This document shows, one piece after another, positions 1-9,820 of a stretch of DNA of 64,000 nt. This DNA is from Myxococcota bacterium (GTDB lineage Bacteria; Myxococcota_A; UBA9160), in the NCBI GenBank assembly GCA_035489755.1, contig DATGZK010000022.1:29395-93394 (forward strand), written 5' to 3'. The translations under genes and the position numbers were made by a program. Numbering within the stretch: the first letter of the stretch is position 1; each line of letters opens with the position of its first letter. The notes under the pieces are model-generated. The model was given only the letters and a program-made list of their open reading frames with translations, was not told where the DNA came from and did no database searches.

Positions 1-1
1 T

Positions 2-304
2 GACGGCATGGAGCAGCAGGTCCAAGCCGCGGCCGCCGCCGCTCCGAACTACCGCTACTACGTCGGTACCGGCTCGATGCACACGATGTGGGGAAGCAAC
101 AAGGTGTATACAGACACCTCGGGAGGCGTACCCCTTCTCGTGGACTGGGTGACGGCGATGCGCGACGGAACGACCGCTTGGACAAATGTCCAGTGCACGG
201 ACTGCGGGGTCCTCTTGCCCGGCGATCCGCGTCCCGTCCCCGCGCAGCCGCCTTTCACGCCTGATGATTCGCGCGTGGACTGCTCGCTGACACCGAGCCC
301 CTAA
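2..304 (+). CDS. 3' end of an unidentified gene (5' part outside window)
   Basis: Frame open from nt 2 to TAA at 302-304 (ORF track 8..304 is the in-window part). GC-rich third positions. No family recognised from the roughly 100 C-terminal residues. Confidence 0.4.
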   Translation, partial: DGMEQQVQAAAAAAPNYRYYVGTGSMHTMWGSNKVYTDTSGGVPLLVDWVTAMRDGTTAWTNVQCTDCGVLLPGDPRPVPAQPPFTPDDSRVDCSLTPSP

Positions 305-379
305 CGGGGAAGAGCGGATCGGTTCGCCGTCGCGTGGTCATGGCGCAGCCGGCGGGGGCGCAAAGGCGCGGGAGAGGTC

Positions 380-1699
380 TTAGGGCGCCTTGCTTCCGGG
401 AGCCTCGAGGCTGGGCTCTCCGTAGAACTCCAGCACCTCGCGGAGGTTGGAGACCTGCCCGCGGCGGGCCGCGGAGACGATTGCATTTGCGACGCTCGCA
501 AGGCCCGGGGTCACGACGAGCACCTCGGACCCGCGGCGCGTTATCGCGGGCGGAACCGGGTAGCCGGCCCGGGCACACAGGGCCCACTCGATGTTCCGAT
601 ACGCCGCCTCGAACTCCTGCGCATCCTGCTCGCTGTCCCAGAGCGTGAGCCACAAGAGCTCGCGGTGTCCGTCACAGCGCGCCACGAGGTAGCGATCGCC
701 GTTCCATCCCTCCCACGCCGTCGGATCGGGCGGCGCGTCGCGCGGCGCGAGGTCCCTCATCAGAACCGAGAGCCCGAACTCCCCCACTCCATTCTCGTGG
801 ACAAACTTGCAGTTCGCGGGAAGAAGTTTGCGTCCGCCGCCGAGGTCGAGGGTCACGAAGGGCTCGTGCCGACGTTCGGGGTGCATGACCTGTTCGGTGG
901 AGACCGGCGGATCGTCGAGCAGCGCCCCGTGCTCGCGAAAGGACAGGGCATAGCCCCACGCGTAAGGAAAGTAGAGGCCCTCGCGGAGCAGCGCCGGCGC
1001 GCCCGCAAGCGCTCCCTCCGACCGACCTGAGGCGTCCTGCTCCATGTCCTCTCGGAACTCGGTCGGATCCGATGGCGGAATCGGAGGATCGGGAACCGCG
1101 AGGCTGAAAAACGTCGCATCCCCTTCAATGGTGGCCTGGAGTGCGCTGCCAAGGTCGTCCTGATCTTTGAGGAAGCGGTCATGCTCCACGAGATCGGGAT
1201 GATTCTGGTGCTGGAGAGCATGGATGAGCTCATGCCCGATCACCATCTCTCGGACGGCATCGCCCCGCGCGAAGAAGGAGAGCACCCGCCCCCAGAAGGG
1301 GATGGGTGCGTCACGCACGATGTAGAGCACCCGATCCTGCGGCACGTAGAATCCAATCACCTCTTCTTTTGCAACCGAGAGATATTCGTCCACGAGATCG
1401 GTTCCCTCGGGCCAAAGGCCGACGGCCACGAGGGCATCCTGGTAGGCGGAGACCTCGTCTTTGCTGAGGCCGGCCTCGAGCGCCACCCGCAGAAGCTCGG
1501 GAACTTTCGCTTGGTCGATCACCCGCGCGGGCACCGGCTCGCGGAGGGGGAGGCCGCGCACCGCGACGGTGCGCGCGACGAGCTTCTGGTACTCCGCCGG
1601 CTGAACGCCGCTCTCCGAGATGAGGGAGGTCGCGCAGCCCGCGAACGCGAGCGCGAAAAGCGCGGCCAAAACGCGCCGCGCGCCGGCGGGCCGGATCAC
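380..1699 (-). CDS. putative zinc-metalloprotease lipoprotein (HExxH)
   Basis: 439 aa. N-terminal lipoprotein signal [22 protein letters not shown]. HExxH motif in [15 protein letters not shown] start overlaps the nadA stop (GTGA). Confidence 0.7.
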   Translation of the reverse strand: MIRPAGARRVLAALFALAFAGCATSLISESGVQPAEYQKLVARTVAVRGLPLREPVPARVIDQAKVPELLRVALEAGLSKDEVSAYQDALVAVGLWPEGTDLVDEYLSVAKEEVIGFYVPQDRVLYIVRDAPIPFWGRVLSFFARGDAVREMVIGHELIHALQHQNHPDLVEHDRFLKDQDDLGSALQATIEGDATFFSLAVPDPPIPPSDPTEFREDMEQDASGRSEGALAGAPALLREGLYFPYAWGYALSFREHGALLDDPPVSTEQVMHPERRHEPFVTLDLGGGRKLLPANCKFVHENGVGEFGLSVLMRDLAPRDAPPDPTAWEGWNGDRYLVARCDGHRELLWLTLWDSEQDAQEFEAAYRNIEWALCARAGYPVPPAITRRGSEVLVVTPGLASVANAIVSAARRGQVSNLREVLEFYGEPSLEAPGSKAP

Positions 1700-2658
1700 G
1701 CCGAGAGCTGGAGCATGAGTTCGATCGGCCGCAAAGCGCGCACGCGCACGGGTTCGGGAACAGAGACTGTGGGTGCAAGGTCACGCAGGCACAGGTAGAG
1801 CTTCTCGAGTGTGTTGAGCCTCATGTAGGGGCAGCGATTGCACGCACAGCTCTCGTCCTGGCCGGGTGCCTGGAGGAGTGTCTTTTCGGGCACGCGCGGG
1901 GCGATCTGGTGGAAGACCCCATCCTCGGTGGCGATGATGAGCGTTTTCGCCGGCGATTTGATCGCTCGATCGATGATGCCGCTCGTGGAGCCGATGTAGT
2001 CGGCCTGTGCGAGGACGGCGTCCTCGCATTCGGGGTGGGCAAGCACCTCGGCATCGGGATGCTTGACCTTGATCTCCGCGAGCTTCTTCGCGCTGAAGAG
2101 CTCATGGACGATGCAGCTGCCCTGCCAGAGGATCAGGTCCGGGCGCTTGGCCTGCTGCGCCACCCAGCGCCCGAGGTGGCGGTCGGGGGCGAAGATGACC
2201 GGCCGCCCCGCGAAGTGCTGGACCATCTTCACCGCATTCGAGGAGGTGCAGATGAGGTCGCTCATCGCCTTCACTTCGGCCGACGAGTTGATGTAGCTGA
2301 CAACGGCGGCCCCTGGATGCTCGGCCACAAATGCGCGGAACGCGTCCGCGGGGCAGCCATCCGCGAGGGAGCAGCCCGCCTTGAGGTCCGGCACCACCAC
2401 CGTGCGAGTCGGGTTCAGGATCTTCGCGGTCTCGGCCATGAAGTGGACGCCGCAGAACGCGATGACGTCGCAGTCCGCCTTCTGGGCCGCGCGGGCGAGC
2501 TGGAGCGAGTCGCCGACCACGTCGGCCAGGTCTTGGATCTCCGATTCCTGATAGTAGTGCGCAAGCAGGATGGCGTTGCGCTCGCGCTTTAAGCGAAGGA
2601 TCGCTCCCTCGAGCTCCTCGGGGAAATCATCCTTGCGCACTACAGGGGCTGCGCTCAT
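1696..2658 (-). CDS. nadA: quinolinate synthase
   Basis: 320 aa. N-terminus [36 protein letters not shown] and the overall layout are typical of NadA. Confidence 0.93.
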   Translation of the reverse strand: MSAAPVVRKDDFPEELEGAILRLKRERNAILLAHYYQESEIQDLADVVGDSLQLARAAQKADCDVIAFCGVHFMAETAKILNPTRTVVVPDLKAGCSLADGCPADAFRAFVAEHPGAAVVSYINSSAEVKAMSDLICTSSNAVKMVQHFAGRPVIFAPDRHLGRWVAQQAKRPDLILWQGSCIVHELFSAKKLAEIKVKHPDAEVLAHPECEDAVLAQADYIGSTSGIIDRAIKSPAKTLIIATEDGVFHQIAPRVPEKTLLQAPGQDESCACNRCPYMRLNTLEKLYLCLRDLAPTVSVPEPVRVRALRPIELMLQLSA

Positions 2659-2667
2659 TTGCCAAGT

Positions 2668-3558
2668 TTAGCGCGCGCCCGGCGTCGCTGCGGTCTGCGG
2701 GTCCGGACCGATGAGAAGCGTGCTGACTCCGTGCGTTTCCCGGCGGACGGTGCAGACGCGCGTCCCTGGCTTCTGTCCGCGGCGCAACTCGGACACCTCG
2801 AACCCCGCTGCCGCGAGCCTCGCCCGTGCGGCCGCCACGTCCTCGGTGCGCCAGGCGAGCCCGGTTGCACGGTCGGGAGCAGCCCGGTCTGGCGCTCCAG
2901 CCAGCTGGCCGGCCAGCTCGACCGTCACCCCACCCACGCGGAAGAACACAAGGCGCAGCCCGCGCTGCTCGAAGCGGCGGTCAAGAGCCAGCCGCAGCCG
3001 GAGGCCGTCACGATAAAGCGCCGCCGCAGCGTCGAGGTCGGCGCTTGCGACGACGACGTGATCGAGCCCGGAGACAATCTCACCGTCTAGGCTTTCCGGG
3101 ACGGCGACCGGGAGCGCGTCAGGCGGCGAGCGATGCTCGATGGCGAATAGGACAATCCCCCGCGTCACGCTCGCCGGAAGAAGGACGCTGCGCCACGTGC
3201 GCACCGCTCCGGTTCGCGAGTCGCGGCCCACTCCATCCGCAGGTTCCGCTGCAGGAAGGCCAGAGGCGCGAAACTCCGCCGCGCACGCGGCCGCGTCGGT
3301 GGTACCGAAGGCAAGACCCAAGATGCCCTCCCCCTCAAGGGCGAGGCGGCTGCGCAGGGCCTCCGCCAGTGTCCCGCTGCCGTCCGGCGCGAGCAGCTCG
3401 AGGTAGGTGTTCGAAAGACGAAACAGGCTGTTTGCGGTGCCGAGCGTGGGATGCGTACCGCGCCAGGAAGGCGCTCGGCCGAGGAGCCGGCGATAGGTCG
3501 CCGTCGCGGCCTCGAGGTCCGCTACCGCAACGATGACGTGGTCGAGAGAGCTCAGCAC
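2668..3558 (-). CDS. two-domain VOC (glyoxalase/bleomycin-resistance/dioxygenase) family protein
   Basis: Two repeats of the VOC start motif (LDHVIVAVADLEAA, LDHVVVASADLDAA). Track ORF 2668..3882 trimmed to the in-frame GTG at 3558, which gives MLSSLDHV. Confidence 0.7.
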   Translation of the reverse strand: MLSSLDHVIVAVADLEAATATYRRLLGRAPSWRGTHPTLGTANSLFRLSNTYLELLAPDGSGTLAEALRSRLALEGEGILGLAFGTTDAAACAAEFRASGLPAAEPADGVGRDSRTGAVRTWRSVLLPASVTRGIVLFAIEHRSPPDALPVAVPESLDGEIVSGLDHVVVASADLDAAAALYRDGLRLRLALDRRFEQRGLRLVFFRVGGVTVELAGQLAGAPDRAAPDRATGLAWRTEDVAAARARLAAAGFEVSELRRGQKPGTRVCTVRRETHGVSTLLIGPDPQTAATPGAR

Positions 3559-3903
3559 GGCGAGAAGTTGCCACAGCCCCGACGGAACGGTCTTGCCGCG
3601 GGGCGGAAAGCCATTTCCCAGGCGGGCGGGAAAGCGGTGGAACAAGGGCCGCCCGGGAACGATGAAGACTCGCGAAAACCGCGATTGGACCGTGTCTCTA
3701 GCCCCCTCGAAGCCGGCACATGGCTTGCACTGTATGGGCAGCGTCTGGGTCTCTCTGGGAAGGGGTGCCCAACCTCGATGGCCCTTGTCGCCATCGGAGT
3801 CGAGGAGCGTCCGCGCTAAAAGCGCGGAGCTAGAAACCGGCCGACATTTCGATTGCACCGATGGGCGCGGCTGCCCGGGCAACTGGGGGGCCGCGCCGCT
3901 CCT

Positions 3904-4944
3904 TTAGAGATCCCAGAAGAAATCTTTGTTGGTGAGCTCGGACGCCGCGGTCGCAGCCTGCCGAGGCGCTTGCCCCGGAAGATCCTCGCCGGTGCGGGCC
4001 AAAAGACCGAGCTGCTCCTCGAGGTCGCGCGTCTCGTTTTCCCAATATTCGCCCGTCCCAAAATGGGGGAACGCCGATGGGAAGGCCGGATCGTTCCAGC
4101 GCCGCGCGATCCAGGCCGCGTAGCGCACAAAGCGCAGCGCCCGGAGCGGCTCCACGAGACGCAGCCAGCGGCGGTCAAAGCTGCGGAACTGTTCATAGGC
4201 GTCGATCAGCAGCGAGCGCTGCCGCGCACCCTCGCGGTCACGGCCGGGAAGAAGCATCCAGACATCCTGCACCGCCGGGCCGACCACGAAATCGTCGAAG
4301 TCGAGAAAGAACCATCCCTCCCTTCCGTGAAGGAGGTTTCCGAAGTGACAGTCGCCGTGGATGGCGTGGAGCGGAACACCCTCGCTCCACGCCTCATAGA
4401 CCGCGGCGACGTCCTGCGCCGCTGCCCGGTAGCGCCGAGCGCAGCTCGCAGGGAGGAAGCCCTTTTCCTCCAGGAAAGCCAAGGGCTCACGCACGAAGCT
4501 CTCCGCTGTGAGCTGGGGCCGATGGTGCACGCGAAGCGCCGCGCCGACGTTGTGGATGCGAGCCAGGAGCCGGCCCAAGATCGCGATCTCCTCGTCCGAG
4601 AGCTCGGCGGGCGAACGTCCGCCCGTGCGCGGCCAAACCGCATAGTAGATGCCCTCGACCTCATGGAGTGTCGCACCGCCTTGAAACGCAAGCGGCGCGC
4701 AGACGGGAATCTCCGCTTCTCGCAGCGCCGTGAGGAAGGCGTGCTCGTCGAGAATCGCTTCGCGACTCCAGCGTCCGGGGCGGTAGAATTTCACGACCAC
4801 GTGCGATCCGTCTTCGAGGTGCACATCGTGCACCCGATTTTCGAGGCAGGTGAGTGCGGTCGTATGTCCCGTCGGGCGGAAGCCGCCCGCCTCGACGGCG
4901 CGCAGCACCCACTCGGGTGTCAGCCGAAAGAAAGATTCGCTCAC
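3904..4944 (-). CDS. srkA: stress-response Ser/Thr kinase SrkA (YihE/RdoA)
   Basis: Collinear with E. coli SrkA as I recall it (VVKFYRPGRWS, HGDCHFGNLL, GPAVQDVWMLL, RRWNDPAFP). Track ORF 3904..5499 trimmed to GTG at 4944, which has an upstream GAGG. Confidence 0.88.
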   Translation of the reverse strand: MSESFFRLTPEWVLRAVEAGGFRPTGHTTALTCLENRVHDVHLEDGSHVVVKFYRPGRWSREAILDEHAFLTALREAEIPVCAPLAFQGGATLHEVEGIYYAVWPRTGGRSPAELSDEEIAILGRLLARIHNVGAALRVHHRPQLTAESFVREPLAFLEEKGFLPASCARRYRAAAQDVAAVYEAWSEGVPLHAIHGDCHFGNLLHGREGWFFLDFDDFVVGPAVQDVWMLLPGRDREGARQRSLLIDAYEQFRSFDRRWLRLVEPLRALRFVRYAAWIARRWNDPAFPSAFPHFGTGEYWENETRDLEEQLGLLARTGEDLPGQAPRQAATAASELTNKDFFWDL

Positions 4945-5354
4945 GCCAAGAGCATACCTCGAACCTTTGTGCGGGCCTGATGCGACCCAAGAGCGAAGAG
5001 CCCTCGCCGCCTCGCAGGTGAAGTTCGTGGGGTTCGTGGACGGCACTGGAACGCGCGGGAATGAGCGCAGCCAAGAGTGATCGACCTCCTCGACTCCCGT
5101 CGCCGAGAAGGACCGTGCAGCGTTTGCGGCATCCCTCGTCGGGACTTCTTTCGTCTCGCTGCGGCATCGAGCCCAGGGTCCCCTCGGCCAAGCTCTCCCG
5201 CGCTCTCGTCGGATCACAGGCGATAGCCCGCGCAAAGGGCTTGCTGAAAGAATCTCGTACGGCCCCCACTGGCACCCTTTCGAAGCCCGTCTTGTTTGCC
5301 TCGACTCTCCGCTTTCGATAGGCTGGACGCGGACTTGCGTATACGAGGCGAGGG

Positions 5355-7361
5355 ATGAGCGACAAGGCTCCGGGGCGCGAGGGCAAGCGAGACCGTCCGT
5401 GGGTCTTCCGCACGTACTCCGGCCACACCTCGGCCAAGGCGAGCAACGAGCTTTACCGCACGAACCTCGCAAAGGGCCAAACGGGTCTCTCGGTCGCATT
5501 CGACCTGCCCACCCAGACCGGCTACGACAGCGATCATCCCCTCGCGCGCGGCGAGGTCGGGAAGGTCGGCGTTCCGATCAGCCATCTCGAGGACATGTGC
5601 GCCCTCTTCGAGGGCATTCCCCTCGAGCGCATGAACACGTCGATGACGATCAATGCCACCGCGGCGTGGCTCCTCGCACTCTATGTCGCCGCCGCGGAGC
5701 ACCAGGGCGCGCAGGCAAAGCTCCTCCAGGGCACGACACAAAACGACATCGTGAAGGAGTACCTCTCCCGGGGCACCTATGTATTCCCGCCCGAGCCTTC
5801 GCTGCGGCTCATCAGCGACATGGTCGCCTACACTGTGGACGCGATTCCCAAGTGGAATCCGATTAACGTCTGCTCCTATCACCTCCAGGAGGCGGGGGCC
5901 ACACCGGTCCAGGAGATCGCCTACGCCATGGCGACGGCGATCGCGGTGCTCGACGCGGTGCGTGCCCGCCGCGATGTTCCGAAAGAGAAAATTCCGAGCG
6001 TCGTGTCCCGGATCTCCTTCTTCCTGAACGCGGGCATCCGCTTCGTCGAGGAGATGTGCAAGTGTCGCGCGATGACGGAGCTGTGGGATGAGATCACCCG
6101 CGAGCGCTATGGGGTGGAGGACCCGAAGGCGCGCCTTTTCCGCTACGGAGTGCAGGTGAACAGCCTCGGCCTCACCGAGGCGCAGCCCGAGAACAACGTG
6201 ATCCGGATCGTGCTTGAAGCGCTCGGCGTAACCCTTAGCCAGCGCGCGCGCTGTCGCGCGCTCCAGCTCCCGGCGTGGAATGAGGCGCTCGGACTCCCGC
6301 GCCCCTTCGATCAGCAGTGGTCGCTGCGGATCCAGCAGATCCTCGCCTACGAGACCGATCTGCTCGAGTACAAGGACCTCTTCGACGGTTCCCCGGTCGT
6401 CGCAGCGAAAGTGGCCGAGCTCAAGGAGAGCGCGCGCGGCGAGCTCGACAAGGTGCTCGGCATGGGAGGCGCCATCGCCGCCGTCGAGAACGCCTACATG
6501 AAGCAGCGGCTTGTCGATGCGCACACCGCCCGGGTGCGCGCCATCGAAACGGGAAAGCTCCCGATTGTCGGCGTAAATGTCTACCAGGAGGCGGAGCCCT
6601 CCCCTCTTCTTGCGGGGAGCCAGTCGTTTCTCACCGTCGACGAATCCGCGGAGCGCGAGCAGATCGAGCGCCTGCGCGCTTTCCGCGCGAGGCGCAGCGC
6701 GAAGGACGTAGAGGTCGCGCTGCGAAACCTGCGCGACGCGGCCGCGAATCGCAGCAACGTGATGCCTGCCTCGATCGGCGCCGCCCATGCGGGCGTTACG
6801 ACGGGGGAGTGGGCGGACACGCTGCGCGCCCTCTTCGGCGAGTACCGGGCTCCGACCGGCGTTACCGGGGTTCGTGTAGCGGGAGGCGAAGCGTCGAGCG
6901 CCGCGACGGACCGGGCGCGGGCGCAGGTGCGCAGCGTCTCCGCACAGCTTGGGCGCCCGCTCAAAATCCTCGTGGGCAAGCCCGGCCTCGACGGTCACAG
7001 CAACGGCGCGGAGCAGATCGCCGTGAAAGCACGCGATGTCGGGATGGAGGTCGTGTACGAGGGGATCCGCCTCACGCCAGCAGAGATCGTGCAAAGCGCG
7101 CGCGACGAGGGAGTTCATGTGATCGGCCTTTCGATCCTCTCGGGCTCACACGGCGTTCTCGTCATCGACGTGATGGAGCGTCTGCGCAAGGCCGGGCTCG
7201 GTCACGTGCCGGTCGTGGTGGGCGGCATCATCCCCGAAGGCGATGCCGAGCGGCTTCGCGCGGCTGGAGTGCGCCGGGTCTACACGCCCAAGGACTTCGA
7301 TCTTGCGCGCATCATGGAAGAGATCGCCGAGCTCGTAGCGGAGTCCCCCGCTGCCGCTTGA
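5355..7361 (+). CDS. fused adenosylcobalamin-dependent acyl-CoA mutase (MeaA/ethylmalonyl-CoA mutase-like)
   Basis: 668 aa. The substrate barrel carries RTYSGHTSAKASN, DLPTQTGYDSDH and NVCSYHLQEAGATP. The C-terminal B12-binding domain carries GKPGLDGHSNGAEQIA. Confidence 0.9.
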   Translation: MSDKAPGREGKRDRPWVFRTYSGHTSAKASNELYRTNLAKGQTGLSVAFDLPTQTGYDSDHPLARGEVGKVGVPISHLEDMCALFEGIPLERMNTSMTINATAAWLLALYVAAAEHQGAQAKLLQGTTQNDIVKEYLSRGTYVFPPEPSLRLISDMVAYTVDAIPKWNPINVCSYHLQEAGATPVQEIAYAMATAIAVLDAVRARRDVPKEKIPSVVSRISFFLNAGIRFVEEMCKCRAMTELWDEITRERYGVEDPKARLFRYGVQVNSLGLTEAQPENNVIRIVLEALGVTLSQRARCRALQLPAWNEALGLPRPFDQQWSLRIQQILAYETDLLEYKDLFDGSPVVAAKVAELKESARGELDKVLGMGGAIAAVENAYMKQRLVDAHTARVRAIETGKLPIVGVNVYQEAEPSPLLAGSQSFLTVDESAEREQIERLRAFRARRSAKDVEVALRNLRDAAANRSNVMPASIGAAHAGVTTGEWADTLRALFGEYRAPTGVTGVRVAGGEASSAATDRARAQVRSVSAQLGRPLKILVGKPGLDGHSNGAEQIAVKARDVGMEVVYEGIRLTPAEIVQSARDEGVHVIGLSILSGSHGVLVIDVMERLRKAGLGHVPVVVGGIIPEGDAERLRAAGVRRVYTPKDFDLARIMEEIAELVAESPAAA

Positions 7362-7374
7362 GCTCGTTCAACGC

Positions 7375-8334
7375 TTGCTCGCACGCGACCGAGATGCCGT
7401 CTCCGAGGCCTTAAATCGCATTGACGACGCGCGCCCCGGCCAGCGCGAGAAGGCGCTCGAGCTGCTCGGCGCTCTCGAGCACAAGGCGCGCTTTCCCGGA
7501 CCTCCCCGGGTGGGACTGACCGGAGCCCCGGGCGCGGGCAAGTCTTCGCTCTTAGACGCCATCGTTCGCACGCTGCGCGCGTCGGGAGAGACGCTCGGCA
7601 TCGTCGCGGTCGACCCGTCGAGCCGCAGAACTGGGGGGGCTCTCCTCGGCGACCGAATCCGCGTGCGATCCGGGGCCAGCGATGCCGGCGTCTTTTTCCG
7701 CTCGATGGCGGCGCGGGAGCGCCTTGGCGGAGTGGCCGACGCGACACGCGCCGGCGTCACCGTGCTCGCCGCGGCGTTCGACTGGGTCTTTGTCGAAACC
7801 GTGGGTGTTGGCCAATCGGAGACCGACGTCGCGACGCTGGTGGATACCCTCGTCTACATCGCGCAGCCCGGCGCGGGCGATCTCTTGCAGTTCATGAAAG
7901 CGGGAATCCTCGAAGTACCCGATGTCTTCGTCGTGAACAAAGCCGACCTCGGCGCCGCCGCCGCCCGCACGGCGGGCGAGCTCGAGGCGGCGCTCGGCCT
8001 TGGCTGGCGCGATGCCGCTTCGGGTTGGACGCCGCCCATTCTCCTTGTCTCCGCCCGGGATGGCACGGGCATTGCGGAGCTCGTGGCGACGCTTCGCGCC
8101 CATCGCCGGCATCTTGAGTCGAGCGGCACGCTCGAGGCGCGCCGCTCGCGCGGCAAGGAGGCCTTCGTCGAGGAGACGCTCGAACGCCGTTACGGAAGTT
8201 ACGGGACCGCGCAGCTGGGCGGTGCGGCCGGTATTGCCTGCCGCGTGCGCGAGGCGCGTGATGCATCGGCTTTCGCCCTCGTCTTGGCACTCGGCCGAGA
8301 GATTGAGGACGCGCTCCGAAAGCCGCTCCCGTGA
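7375..8334 (+). CDS. meaB: mutase-associated G-protein chaperone MeaB/ArgK
   Basis: 319 aa. P-loop GLTGAPGAGKSSL, VETVGVGQSE and NKAD motifs. Starts 13 nt after the mutase. Confidence 0.9.
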   Translation: MLARDRDAVSEALNRIDDARPGQREKALELLGALEHKARFPGPPRVGLTGAPGAGKSSLLDAIVRTLRASGETLGIVAVDPSSRRTGGALLGDRIRVRSGASDAGVFFRSMAARERLGGVADATRAGVTVLAAAFDWVFVETVGVGQSETDVATLVDTLVYIAQPGAGDLLQFMKAGILEVPDVFVVNKADLGAAAARTAGELEAALGLGWRDAASGWTPPILLVSARDGTGIAELVATLRAHRRHLESSGTLEARRSRGKEAFVEETLERRYGSYGTAQLGGAAGIACRVREARDASAFALVLALGREIEDALRKPLP

Positions 8335-9482
8335 GCTCCGAGATCCGCCCTGCGCGTGTCCTCGCCCTCGCCCGCCGCACCCTCTCCTGTCCTACGGCGC
8401 CGTTCCGAGAGGGCGCGGTCATGGCCTGGGTGCTCGAGTTTGTGGCGGAGCGGCGTCACCTCGCGGTGCGGGTGGATCGCGATGGCAACATGCTGCTTTC
8501 GCGCCGGGGCGTGCGCCAAAGGACCTCGCCCCTTGTGCTCTCCGCCCACATGGATCACCCGGGATTTCGCGCACGGGCGTCGCACCGCGTGAACGGGAGA
8601 TGGACGGTCTCCGCGCAATTTCTGGGCGGTGTGCGTCCCGAGTTCTTTCGCGGCGCGAGGGCTCTTTTTTTCTCGCCCCAAGGCGAGGTGCGCGCCGCCG
8701 TCACCCGCGTGCGTCGCGACCGAGCGAGCGGCGAGCTCGAGGCCTCGCTCCGGGCGGCGCGAGAAGTCCCGGCGGGCGCCTTCGGGATGTGGGACCTTCC
8801 GCCATTCCGCCGTGCACCGAGGGAGCCGGGCGTACTCGAGTCGCGAGCCGTCGACGACCTCGCGGGGGTCGCCGCGGCGCTCGCCCTGCTCGACGTCGTC
8901 GACCGGATCGATCCCCGAAGGCAGGTCGACGTTCGCGCCCTCTTTACGCGCGGGGAGGAGGTCGGCTTCGTCGGCGCCCTCGCGGTGGCGCGCGGCCGCC
9001 GGCTGCCGCAAAGAGCGCGCATCGTGTCCCTCGAGGCGAGCAAGGCCTTCGCCCATGCGCCGCAGGGAGCGGGCCCGATCCTGCGCGTCGGGGACCGCAC
9101 GAGCAGCTTCGACGACAGACTTACCCGCTGGATGGCCCGCGTCGCAACTGCCCTCGCCGGACCGCGCGGCAGCGGCTTTCGCTGGCAGCGGCGCCTCATG
9201 GACGGCGGAACCTGCGAAGCGACCGCCTTCCAGCTCTACGGCTACCGCAGCGCAGCGCTCTGCGTCCCGCTCGGCAACTACCACAACATGAGCGAGGACG
9301 GAGCGATTCGGCTCGAATCGATCCACGCCTCCGATCTTGTGGGGCTCGCGCGATTTCTCGAGGGCCTCGTGAAGCACGACGGCGACTGCCCGGGGCCGGG
9401 TGTCACCGATCCGCTGCGAAGGCGCCTGGACCGCGGCCTAAGTCAAAGACGGCGCGATCTCGCGCGGGACCCCTTCGCATGA
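8331..9482 (+). CDS. M42/M28-like metallopeptidase family protein
   Basis: 383 aa. SAHMDHPGF and GGTCEAT / LGNYHN strings resemble M42 aminopeptidase motifs. GTG start overlaps the meaB stop (GTGA). Confidence 0.6.
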   Translation: MSSEIRPARVLALARRTLSCPTAPFREGAVMAWVLEFVAERRHLAVRVDRDGNMLLSRRGVRQRTSPLVLSAHMDHPGFRARASHRVNGRWTVSAQFLGGVRPEFFRGARALFFSPQGEVRAAVTRVRRDRASGELEASLRAAREVPAGAFGMWDLPPFRRAPREPGVLESRAVDDLAGVAAALALLDVVDRIDPRRQVDVRALFTRGEEVGFVGALAVARGRRLPQRARIVSLEASKAFAHAPQGAGPILRVGDRTSSFDDRLTRWMARVATALAGPRGSGFRWQRRLMDGGTCEATAFQLYGYRSAALCVPLGNYHNMSEDGAIRLESIHASDLVGLARFLEGLVKHDGDCPGPGVTDPLRRRLDRGLSQRRRDLARDPFA

Positions 9483-9820
9483 CCCTCTACGTGGGCAAAC
9501 CGCCCCCGCGCTCGAATTCCGCCGGTCGGCGCGCACTGCGCGGGGTGCTCCTTTTCCTGCTGCTCTGGTTCCTGCTCTGGCTCGTGATCGGATGGGTGAT
9601 CCGCGACCGCATGGAGCGCCCCGTGCGCTTCATCGGTCGCTCGGCCGAGCCCGATTCGAGCTCAGCGTTCGCGACCCTTCCACTTTTTTTTGTGCTCTCG
9701 CCGCACAAACGACAACACCCGGACCGAAGCCGAGGCGTGTCCCGGTCGACGATCGCGTTACGCCGGCTTGCGCATTCTCCGGCGACGCAGCCAGAGCAGC
9801 GGCAGGAGGATCGGCGCTAG
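9479..9820 (+). CDS. possible small membrane protein (uncertain)
   Basis: ATG overlaps the peptidase stop (ATGA). One strongly hydrophobic helix, GVLLFLLLWFLLWLVIGWVI, is encoded with GC-rich third positions. The distal half runs through repeat copy 1 and into the convergent gene, so the true 3' end is doubtful. Confidence 0.25.
   Translation: MTLYVGKPPPRSNSAGRRALRGVLLFLLLWFLLWLVIGWVIRDRMERPVRFIGRSAEPDSSSAFATLPLFFVLSPHKRQHPDRSRGVSRSTIALRRLAHSPATQPEQRQEDRR
9638..9684. repeat. 47-bp direct repeat, copy 1 (orphan copy of the adenosyltransferase 3' end)
   Basis: cgctcggccgagcccgattcgagctcagcgttcgcgacccttccact, followed by T8 on the plus strand. 45/47 identical to 11123..11169. Confidence 0.9.

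Noticed and set aside
5270-5286. TGGCAC-containing string (tggcaccctttcgaagc) upstream of the mutase gene, as a possible sigma54 promoter.
   Set aside because: There is no TTGC element at the required spacing.
3904-5499. Long N-terminal extensions on track ORFs. Examples: 3904..5499, 2668..3882, 14882..16309, 13516..14376, 21995..23701, 9758..11137, 36390..37052, 57216..58220, 58061..58924.
   Set aside because: The extensions are Arg-rich, overlap neighbouring genes or promoters, and precede internal ATG/GTG codons that have Shine-Dalgarno-like sequences and family-typical N-termini. I trimmed them, but the start coordinates remain predictions.
5214-7118. Long antisense ORFs throughout the track. 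Examples: 5214..7118(-), 8000..9820(+), 15760..17346(-), 18693..20537(+), 28637..29995(-), 32928..34154(-), 36773..38269(+), 40610..42238(-), 44010..45383(-), 53925..55337(+), 60501..62249(-), 61925..63124(-).
   Set aside because: Each lies opposite a gene with clear family motifs. Their translations are Arg/Pro/Gly/Ala-rich low-complexity strings, typical of shadow frames in high-GC DNA. None shows a recognisable motif.
9638-9684. The repeat might be a tRNA 3' fragment (att site). The minus strand contains GAGCT-CGAATCG-GGCTC, which looks like a T-arm.
   Set aside because: The loop is not the canonical TTCGAAT/TTCAAAT context. Copy 2 breaks the stem. There is no acceptor stem or CCA and no tRNA gene nearby. 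The repeat is better explained as the 3' end of the adenosyltransferase gene.
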